24,000 bases of DNA from Sharpea porci (lineage in GTDB: Bacteria > Bacillota_I > Bacilli_A > Erysipelotrichales > Coprobacillaceae): contig NZ_VUNM01000005.1 of NCBI RefSeq assembly GCF_009695655.1, forward strand, positions 1 through 24,000, written 5' to 3'. The notes beneath the pieces were generated by a model that was not told the origin of the DNA, did not search any database, and saw only the letters and a program-made list of their open reading frames with translations. Within the stretch, counting starts at the first letter, position 1. The number at the start of each line of letters is the position of its first letter. The position numbers and the translations under genes were made by a program. This document shows, one piece after another, positions 18,063-24,000 of this stretch.

Positions 18063-19118
18063 CTAATCCTCCTTGACAAACCAATTTTGTGTCTTATTTG
18101 CGATATTTACTAATGTCAACATAACAGGAACTTCTGTCAAAACCCCCACTGTTGTAGCCAGGGCTGCTGGGCTTGTTGTCCCAAATAAGGCAATGGCAAC
18201 CGCAACTGCTAATTCAAAGAAATTGGATGCACCAATCATTCCAGCTGGTGCAGCAATATCAAATGGCAAATGGATGGCTTTGGCAGAAAGATAAGCAATA
18301 AAGAAAATAAGGAATGTCTGTATGATCAGTGGTATCGCAATCAATAGGATATGGATGGGATTACTGATGATGACAGCGGACTGAGATGTAAAAATCAAGA
18401 CTAATGTCAATAAGAGACCAGCTGTTGTTACATAGTCAAATTTATGAACAAAGACATTTTCAAGATAGTCTTTTCCCTTCTTCTTCACCATTATAACACG
18501 AGTTAGTATACCTCCGGCTAGTGGAATCACAACAAAGAGAAAAATACTGACAAATAATGTACTATAAGGCACACTGACCTTTGAAACGCCAAGTAAGAAC
18601 TTCACAATAGGCACAAAGGCAAAAAGAATAATACAATCATTGGTAGCCACCTGAACAACAGTGTAGGCAGCACGGCCATGTGTTAAAGTGCTCCAGACAA
18701 AGACCATTGCGGTACAAGGTGCGGCACCAAGTAATACGGCTCCAGCAAGATACTGACGCGCTAAATTTTGGGGAATAAAACTTTTAAAAACATAGAAGAG
18801 AAAGAATGAAGCAAGCAGGTACATAGTAAAAGGCTTAATAAGCCAGTTGACAATCCATGTCAAAAAGAGACCTTTTGGATTATCTTTGATTTGACGAATG
18901 CTTTGAAAGTCAACTTTGATCATCATAGGATAAATCATAATCCAGATCAAAATCGCAATCGGGATGGATATCCCGGCAATCTGCATTTTATTCAACACTT
19001 GGACAACGGCAGGAAAGAAGTGCCCAATCATCACTCCCGCAATCATACATAATATGACCCAGACACTTAAATAACGCTGGAATATAGAAATATCTTTATT
19101 CTTCACCATCTTATTCAT
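18063..19118 (-). CDS. acr3: ACR3 family arsenite efflux transporter
   Basis: 351 aa, polytopic. Conserved LLGAAPCTAMV motif with the essential Cys. Overlaps arsR by 8 nt. Confidence 0.9.
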   Translation of the reverse strand: MNKMVKNKDISIFQRYLSVWVILCMIAGVMIGHFFPAVVQVLNKMQIAGISIPIAILIWIMIYPMMIKVDFQSIRQIKDNPKGLFLTWIVNWLIKPFTMYLLASFFLFYVFKSFIPQNLARQYLAGAVLLGAAPCTAMVFVWSTLTHGRAAYTVVQVATNDCIILFAFVPIVKFLLGVSKVSVPYSTLFVSIFLFVVIPLAGGILTRVIMVKKKGKDYLENVFVHKFDYVTTAGLLLTLVLIFTSQSAVIISNPIHILLIAIPLIIQTFLIFFIAYLSAKAIHLPFDIAAPAGMIGASNFFELAVAVAIALFGTTSPAALATTVGVLTEVPVMLTLVNIANKTQNWFVKED

Positions 19119-19422
19119 CCTCCTGACAACAATCCTTTTTTTGACAAGCTTGAGAACAGTTCAATGAATCAATGAATGTTCTAAAGGCCGTTAATGTTTC
19201 ACAATTTAATGAATAATAAGTATTCTTCCATTGCTTTCTCGTTGTGACGAGATTGCATTCAACCAAGACTTTCATATGATGTGAGAGCGTTGGTTGGGTA
19301 ATCTGGAAAGCTTCGAGTAGCTTACATGCACAAAGCTCCCCTCCTGTCAACATTTTGACAATCTTGAGACGATGGGCATCGGATAACGCCTTACATATTA
19401 ATGATGCATCAATTTCATTCAT
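19111..19422 (-). CDS. arsR: ArsR/SmtB family metalloregulator
   Basis: 103 aa. ELCACKLLE metal-sensing CxC motif followed by a wHTH (ITQPTLSHHMKVL). Cys-rich C-terminal tail. Confidence 0.9.
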   Translation of the reverse strand: MNEIDASLICKALSDAHRLKIVKMLTGGELCACKLLEAFQITQPTLSHHMKVLVECNLVTTRKQWKNTYYSLNCETLTAFRTFIDSLNCSQACQKKDCCQEDE

Positions 19423-19431
19423 AATAACCCC

Positions 19432-20427
19432 CTAAATAAGTAATGGCTGCAAAATATTAAAGAGATAACCAACAACAATAATACCTACCACACAAATAGC
19501 GATAAAAATACCAAGCAGCTTAGGCTTAATCGCTTTTCTTAACATGATCAATGAAGGCAGACTAAGAGTTGTAACAGCCATCATGAAACTTAGGACAGTA
19601 CCAAGAAGAGCTCCCTTTGAAAGCAATGCTTCAGCAACAGGAATACTGCCAAATATATCAGCATACATGGGCACACCCACAATTGTGGCAAGAACAACAC
19701 CAAATGGGTTCTTGTTGCCAAGAATCGTTTCAATCATATCTTCAGGGATCCAGTTATGAATAATCGCACCAATACCAACTCCTAACAGAATATAAGGAAA
19801 GACTTTCTTGAAAGTGGAACTCATTTGTTCATAGGCATAATCAAGACGATCTTTCTTTGTAAGTGTCACACCCCTCGTTTCGACTGCTCGGGCATTCTTG
19901 ATGAAGTCCTCAACTTCATCATCAAGCTTTAATTTCTCAATAAGCGAGCCACCAATAATAGCAATCAACAATCCCATAATTACATAGACAATCGCTACAC
20001 GATAGCCAAAAATGCCCATTAATAGAATCAGGCTGCCAAGATCAACCATTGGTGAAGAAATCAGGAATGAGAAAGTCACACCAAGAGGTAAACCGGCACT
20101 CGTAAAGCCAATAAAGAGTGGAATTGATGAACACGAACAAAATGGTGTCACCGTTCCCAATAATGCCCCTATCATGTTCGCAAAGATTCCATGAAAACGC
20201 CCCATAATCTTACGACTTCTTTCTGGGGGAAAATAGCTCTGAATGTAGGAAATGAGGAATATCAATAGGCAAAGTAGTATTGTGATCTTTATGACATCAT
20301 AGAAAAAGAACTGTAATGAGCCACCTATTTTTGTTTTGATATTGATGCCTATTGTTTGAAGTAAGAAGGCTACAAGTCTATTGAGCCAATGCATGGCAAG
20401 AATTTCATTCTGGATAAATGTTCCCAT
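19432..20427 (-). CDS. arsP: ArsP-type permease (DUF318 family; organoarsenical efflux-like)
   Basis: 331 aa, polytopic. Signature TPFCSCSSIPLF vicinal-Cys motif. Confidence 0.8.
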   Translation of the reverse strand: MGTFIQNEILAMHWLNRLVAFLLQTIGINIKTKIGGSLQFFFYDVIKITILLCLLIFLISYIQSYFPPERSRKIMGRFHGIFANMIGALLGTVTPFCSCSSIPLFIGFTSAGLPLGVTFSFLISSPMVDLGSLILLMGIFGYRVAIVYVIMGLLIAIIGGSLIEKLKLDDEVEDFIKNARAVETRGVTLTKKDRLDYAYEQMSSTFKKVFPYILLGVGIGAIIHNWIPEDMIETILGNKNPFGVVLATIVGVPMYADIFGSIPVAEALLSKGALLGTVLSFMMAVTTLSLPSLIMLRKAIKPKLLGIFIAICVVGIIVVGYLFNILQPLLI

Positions 20428-20454
20428 ATGTTTACTCCTCTATCACATTGATAT

Positions 20455-20495
20455 TTATCTATATGAATAATAAATCTCGCATAGATAATTGTCAA
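20455..20495 (-). promoter_or_regulatory. Candidate ars operon promoter with an overlapping inverted repeat (possible ArsR operator)
   Basis: On the minus strand, TTGACA (plus 20490-20495), a 17-nt spacer, then TATTAT (plus 20467-20472). A perfect 8-bp inverted repeat, TTATCTAT (20455-20462) / ATAGATAA (20481-20488), brackets the -10. Confidence 0.45.
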
Positions 20496-20500
20496 TATAA

Positions 20501-20527
20501 TAAAAACTATAAGCTTCTGCTTATAGC
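20501..20527 (-). terminator. Intrinsic terminator upstream of the ars promoter; it ends transcription coming from the bioY/IS side
   Basis: On the minus strand, CTATAAGC-agaa-GCTTATAG is an 8-bp stem followed by TTTTTATT. Confidence 0.65.
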
Positions 20528-20733
20528 TTTCTAATCGTAATTTCATTAAGAGACAAAGAAACAATACCTTCATCACATTTCATACTTACCTGTCCATCTA
20601 CCTCCAGATCGATAAATGATACACGACCATAATCCTTCAATTCGACCCACTTGTCTTTAATAGTACTTCTCTAACCACAAAAACTTTCTTTAGACTTCAT
20701 ACAATCACCAAGGCACAAACCATCTGTGAACTA

Positions 20734-20755
20734 CTCCGACTTATAGAAGTCGGAG
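20734..20755 (-). repeat. Right-end subterminal hairpin (candidate TnpA recognition hairpin and part of the omega/reRNA scaffold)
   Basis: CTCCGACTT-ATAG-AAGTCGGAG is a perfect 9-bp stem. It shares its loop and stem-proximal bases with the left-end hairpin. Confidence 0.6.
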
Positions 20756-20869
20756 CTTCCTGCTTCAGCCACTACTGCGTTGGCTGCGATGTTACGCAGC
20801 TCAATGTCTTACACAATGTCCACAGGCGTATGAGTTCGGGCTATTCCATCCCTACTGCAACATTTAGTT

Positions 20870-22009
20870 CTAGGCTGCCCCGGCAAGCAGCCGCAGGCCT
20901 TCATTCAGGATATTGATGGCTGCGTTCTGGTCACGGCCTATCGTGAGTCCGCAGTCTCATGTCATCTTGCGGATAGACAAATCCTTCATCTCGGGATGCA
21001 ATGTACCGCAGCAATGACATATCTGTGATGATGGATACCACTTATCTACCTTAACAAGATACTTGTTCCTGTCGGACAGCTTATACTCAAGCATAGACAG
21101 GAACATGCCGTATCCGTTATCCAGGGTCGCTTTGCCGTTGCCGAACCCGCGATTCGCCATAGACTTCATGTCTAGAGATTCCACGCATACAACATCATAC
21201 CGATTGGCTATCTCAGCAGATATTTTATGCAGGTTGTCCAGACGCTGATTTGATATGTGTCTATGAATTTTATTTACTTTACGGAGCTGCTTGATATAGT
21301 TATTGGATTTATCTTCATGCTTTTTATAGCCTTGCATGCGGGACAGCCTGCGCTGTGCCTTGGCAAGCCTGTCATGGCTTTCACGGTAGTACTTATGATT
21401 AGTACCAACATTACCGTTGCTGTCTACATATAAGCCGTCAGATGCATAATCCAGTCCAATGGCATTGGCTTTATCCGCTATATAAGTATTTTCCACTTTA
21501 TCAAATTCAAAAAGCACAGAAATATAATACTTGCCATCTGATTCCTGAGATACAGTAGCCGACTTGATAATCCAGCTGCTGTCAGGGATACGATGGATGA
21601 CAGCTTTGACCTTGCCAATCTTAGGAAGCCTGATGTACTTGTTGTCTGTAATCGCAACTGTCCCTTTCTGATTGTTTGTCGTGTAGGACCTGCGGCTGTG
21701 CTTTGCAGACTTGAACTTAGGAAATCCGTTTTTCTTCTTGCGAGATCTGTCAAATGTGTTGCGAAATGCTGCCTGCAGGTTCATCTGTACGTTCGCAAGG
21801 GCAAGACTGTCTACATCCCTGAGATAAGGATATTCATCCTTATACCGAGCAGGCGTTACATCAGGAAACTTGCCAGTTGCTTTATAGCCTTCAATCTTAT
21901 CGGAAAGCATGAGATTATAGACCTTGCGGCAGCAGCCAAAGGTCTTAGAGAACATAATGTTTTGTTCAGCTGTAGGATATACTCTGTACTTAATTGCCTT
22001 GTTTGCCAT
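20870..22009 (-). pseudogene. tnpB: IS200/IS605-family TnpB (OrfB, RuvC-like RNA-guided nuclease) interrupted by an in-frame TGA
   Basis: RuvC-I AIGLDYA; RuvC-II VVCVESLDMKSM; zinc-finger first half CHCCG. A TGA falls at 20957-20959. The same frame then continues DCGLTIGRDQNAAINILNEGLRLLAGAA* (RuvC-III) to a TAG at 20870-20872. Strong RBS GGGAGGGAAGG. Confidence 0.8.
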
Positions 22010-22257
22010 CCTTCCCTCCCTGTGACTCTATATATTGCTTAATGATATCTGCTGTGGCCCCGCCTGCGGTCAGCAGGCAGAAGCTCTGTGACCAGAACAT
22101 CTCTTTCCATAAGGATTTGCGTATTTCAGGAAATTCCTTCTTTATGATACGGCTGCTCGCTGATTTGTAGGCATTAATAATCCTTCCTGATACATCTGGC
22201 CGTATCGTAGCCCATGTTCTTTGTATGGGCCATGTACCTGACCGTGTCCTGAGCCAT
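21990..22257 (-). pseudogene. tnpA: IS200-type Y1 (HUH) transposase TnpA remnant with an internal deletion/frameshift
   Basis: The ATG at 22257 follows RBS GGAAGGGAG and encodes MAQDTVRYMAHTKN (IS200 TnpA N-terminal AHTK(W)N pattern). That frame then stops after 27 codons. The C-terminal two-fifths (IRPDVSGRIINAYKSASSRIIKKEFPEIRKSLWKEMFWSQSFCLLTAGGATADIIKQYIESQ, including the catalytic Tyr) is in another frame. The CKYHIV...HxH(U) block in between is absent. Confidence 0.7.
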
Positions 22258-22286
22258 GGCTGTCGTCTCCCTTCCTGTACAGCAAT

Positions 22287-22315
22287 ATTATACCATGAGC
22301 ATTGCTCACCGTCCA
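22287..22315 (-). promoter_or_regulatory. Candidate promoter internal to the IS left end, driving tnpA/tnpB
   Basis: On the minus strand, TGGACG (plus 22310-22315), a 17-nt spacer, then TGG-TATAAT (extended -10; TATAAT is plus 22287-22292). It sits ~30 nt upstream of the tnpA remnant ATG. Confidence 0.5.
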
Positions 22316-22351
22316 CCTTGTGCAGGCGATATGAAAGGCAGGTGCCGGCCT

Positions 22352-22375
22352 TGCTCATGACTGAAGTCATGAGCA
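22352..22375. repeat. Perfect palindrome in the IS left end (stem-loop of unknown role)
   Basis: T-GCTCATGACT-ga-AGTCATGAGC-A forms an 11-bp stem with a 2-nt centre. Confidence 0.6.
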
Positions 22376-22408
22376 TGCAGCGGGCAGGTTGTCAGCAAAA
22401 CGCCGTGT

Positions 22409-22960
22409 TTATCGCAATTCATCCCGCCACCTATAGAGGTGGGGGATTTCTTGCTCACGGCGTGTTAAAGCATCACCAACAAGAAATGGCAATACACAAA
22501 CGAGAAAACTATTGTTGAAAGATGGTTTTGTAAGATACATAAAATAGCCACATCCCACGCTATAGGAAATATCTGTACCAACAATCATGCCCACAAGATT
22601 CCTAAGTTTGTGATCATAGTTATGGACAAACCAACTGCTGACATAAGCCATAATAGGAAAAGCCAATAAAAATCCCCCATTAGGTCCAATAAGATGATCA
22701 ATACCACCGGTAAAGTTTGCAAAAACAGGCAAGCCGATTGCCCCCATAAATAGATAGACCAATGTCATCATCAAAGCCTGATTCTTGTTGAAAGTCATGG
22801 CAATGACATATATCGCAAGAGTCTGTAGACTTATAGGAACCATACCTGGGAATGAGATTACTATTTGTGCACCAATAACCAGCAGTGCAATAGCCATCGC
22901 TCTTTCAACGATACAATTTGTCTTATTCTTTATATTTGGATTCCCCTTTATGTGCGTCAT
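22409..22960 (-). CDS. bioY: BioY biotin transporter S-component (ECF-type). Its 3' end is replaced by IS-derived sequence.
   Basis: 183-aa ORF with VPISLQTLAIYV, GLPVFANFTGG, LIGPNGGFLLAFP and PFLVGD motifs. The last ~18-20 codons (...ALTRREQEIPHLYRWRDELR*) read into the IS left-end hairpin. The true start could instead be the internal Met (MAIALLV...). Confidence 0.8.
   Translation of the reverse strand: MTHIKGNPNIKNKTNCIVERAMAIALLVIGAQIVISFPGMVPISLQTLAIYVIAMTFNKNQALMMTLVYLFMGAIGLPVFANFTGGIDHLIGPNGGFLLAFPIMAYVSSWFVHNYDHKLRNLVGMIVGTDISYSVGCGYFMYLTKPSFNNSFLVCVLPFLVGDALTRREQEIPHLYRWRDELR
22423..22446 (-). repeat. Left-end subterminal hairpin (candidate TnpA recognition hairpin)
   Basis: CCCGCCACCT-ATAG-AGGTGGGGG forms 6 bp, one mismatch, then 2 bp. 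It has the same ATAG loop as the right-end hairpin and lies ~18-26 nt inside the bioY junction. Confidence 0.55.
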
Positions 22961-23002
22961 TATAACACAAGATTTCTTATTTTGAAGTTCAAATATTAAA
23001 AA

Positions 23003-23029
23003 TAAAAAAAGGACATCTAAGCGATGTCC
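23003..23029 (-). terminator. Intrinsic terminator of the MATE gene
   Basis: On the minus strand, GGACATC-gctta-GATGTCC followed by TTTTTTT. The stem overlaps the TAG stop codon. Confidence 0.75.
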
Positions 23030-24000
23030 AATTGATAGATATGATGATGATAAGCACTTTTATAGAGAATCCAGGAAACAATGAGAGCGATGGCTTCTGA
23101 TATTGGGAAAGTAATCCATACACCCATGACACCAAAATAGCGAATGAGTATAAAGGATAAGGGAATGGTCAGAATGAACTGACGCAGCAGAGAAATAAAG
23201 AGCGAATACTTACCCTCGCCGATAGCTTCAAAGACCCCGGACATCACAATACCGAATGTTGAAATCACAAAACCTAGGGCTAAGACACGCAAGCCAGGAA
23301 TACCCATGGTCATCATTGTTTCATTGGCACTAAATAAGGATAATATTGGTTTTGTCGCAACAATAAAGAGGACTGTGCCAGCTAAGAGTATAGCCCCGAT
23401 TGTCTTTGTCGTAATCATAATGGTCTCTTTCATACGCTTAAAATCACGGGCACCATAATTGAAGCTGATAATAGGACGCATACCCTGAATAACACCATTG
23501 GATGGCATATAGACAAATGTCTGCAGCTTATAATAAATACCAAAGAATGCAACCGCAGTTTGTGATGAAAGCGAAAGAATCATATTCAACAAAGATACAA
23601 GGATGGATGGCAAGCACATCATTAAACATGATGGAATCGCAATCGCATAGATTTCTTTAAAGGCTGAAAAATGGAGACGTGTTTTCAGATGAAGATGAAT
23701 GGGTGTCTTTAAATAAGTAAAGAGGATGATGGAAAGAATGCAGGAACTAAACTGTCCAATAATAGTGGCAATAGCAGCCCCAGCAACGCCTAAAGCTGGC
23801 ATATGGAAATAGCCAAAAATAAGAATCGGATCGAGAATGATATTTACGAGCGCACCAACCATCTGCATGATCATTGGAACAACCATATTACCACAAGCCT
23901 GAAACATCTTTTCAATCGCAATATGAATAAAAGAAGCAAATGTCAACGTAATAACAATCATCCCATACTGTCTGCCATAATCAAGAACGGATTGCTTTGT
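23017..24000 (-). CDS. MATE family efflux transporter (5' end lies outside the window)
   Basis: The frame stays open upstream of the listed Met to the window edge (..TKQSVLDYGRQYGMIVITL..). The polytopic, Gly/Ala-rich helices are typical of MATE/NorM-like proteins. Confidence 0.8.
   Translation of the reverse strand, partial: TKQSVLDYGRQYGMIVITLTFASFIHIAIEKMFQACGNMVVPMIMQMVGALVNIILDPILIFGYFHMPALGVAGAAIATIIGQFSSCILSIILFTYLKTPIHLHLKTRLHFSAFKEIYAIAIPSCLMMCLPSILVSLLNMILSLSSQTAVAFFGIYYKLQTFVYMPSNGVIQGMRPIISFNYGARDFKRMKETIMITTKTIGAILLAGTVLFIVATKPILSLFSANETMMTMGIPGLRVLALGFVISTFGIVMSGVFEAIGEGKYSLFISLLRQFILTIPLSFILIRYFGVMGVWITFPISEAIALIVSWILYKSAYHHHIYQLDIA

Larger units (their letters stand above)
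20704..22471 (-). mobile_element. Decayed IS200/IS605-family element (tnpA remnant + tnpB) inserted in the 3' end of bioY. Boundaries are approximate, roughly +/-30 nt.
   Basis: The tnpA-tnpB gene pair. Similar subterminal hairpins at both ends with an identical loop (plus-strand ACCT-ATAG-AGGT and ACTT-ATAG-AAGT). Visibly higher GC than the flanks: a hand count gives 35/60 G+C at 20881-20940 versus 14/60 at 20461-20520. TTGGTGAT occurs at both junctions (20704-20711 and 22472-22479). Confidence 0.8.

Noticed and set aside
1057-19759. Numerous 60-106-aa ORFs antisense to, or out of frame within, long genes. Examples: 1057-1305, 2626-2868, 4108-4296, 4728-4931, 5783-5989, 6745-6960, 7091-7345, 8751-8987, 9950-10168, 10244-10441, 10949-11182, 11372-11692, 12902-13087, 14208-14504, 15382-15615, 16935-17192, 17836-18066, 18073-18294, 19544-19759.
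   Set aside because: All are nested in well-supported longer genes with recognisable motifs. None has its own RBS or promoter context or a recognisable family signature.
20370-20576. 68-aa minus-strand ORF spanning the ars promoter region
   Set aside because: It runs across a terminator, the promoter and the arsP start in another frame. It has no RBS and an implausible composition.
20954-20962. TGA in tnpB as a selenocysteine codon or as a genetic-code-4 Trp codon
   Set aside because: I found no convincing SECIS-like hairpin immediately downstream. In the gene ends I inspected, neighbouring genes stop at TAA or TAG, so stop-codon usage gives no positive evidence that TGA is recoded (it is also silent on whether TGA is a normal stop here), and long ORFs otherwise fit the standard code. 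The local alignment also shows a missing residue. A nonsense mutation is more parsimonious.
21990-22376. The 128-aa ORF listed in the track, considered as an intact TnpA
   Set aside because: Its first ~55 codons read through the left-end palindrome, the promoter and the RBS. They show no YHIV/HUH motifs. The genuine TnpA N-terminus (MAQDTVRYMAHTKN) is in a different frame. It is better described as a deletion/frameshift remnant.
21593-22518. Plus-strand ORFs of 149 aa (21593-22042) and 97 aa (22225-22518)
   Set aside because: They are antisense to tnpB/tnpA and the IS left end. They have low-complexity, Cys/Arg/Leu-rich translations typical of shadow frames in GC-richer DNA, and no RBS.
22978-22996. 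Small palindrome TTTGAA-g-TTCAAA upstream of bioY as a BirA operator
   Set aside because: It has only 6-bp arms in very AT-rich DNA. It does not match the longer TGTxAAC-type BirA operator half-sites I know, so it is too likely to be chance.
1-24000. CRISPR arrays, tRNA/rRNA genes, tandem repeats
   Set aside because: Reading through the intergenic regions, I saw no regularly spaced direct repeats, no cloverleaf-like segments and no rRNA-like conserved blocks. Apart from the two IS-related blocks, the intergenic regions are short.

Overview
The window looks like a low-GC, Bacillota-like chromosomal segment; that taxonomic placement is only a guess from composition and gene content. Almost all genes are on the minus strand.

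The left half (0.2-11.4 kb) is mostly ordinary housekeeping and transport: pepF, a YdhF-like aldo/keto reductase, a CDF transporter, a YnbB-type PLP enzyme, an SDR, efp and a DMT permease. The exception is an unusual 817-aa protein that fuses an adenosine/AMP-deaminase-like domain to a C-terminal Rossmann (SLOG/LOG/DprA-like) domain.

The right half (11.5-22.5 kb) looks accessory and has three parts:
- A five-gene minus-strand operon. Its last three genes form a TerB_N/TerB_C protein + DUF2791-type P-loop ATPase + DExH helicase triad, the Shango-type (SngABC-like) anti-phage architecture. They are preceded, with no room for an internal promoter, by a DUF1905 protein and a YfbR-like HD phosphohydrolase.
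- An arsP-arsR-acr3-thioredoxin-fold arsenic operon with no arsC in the window.
- A GC-richer, decayed IS200/IS605 element inserted in the 3' end of bioY. Its tnpA has an internal deletion that removes the HUH region. Its tnpB has an in-frame TGA just before the RuvC-III motif. Matching left- and right-end hairpins are still present.

The first ~208 nt are a GC-elevated, hairpin-dense non-coding block behind a 23-codon ORF tail; this may be the end of a second TnpB-type element. The window ends inside a MATE efflux gene. I found no rRNA, tRNA or CRISPR array. All functional calls rest on motif recognition by eye; no searches were run.
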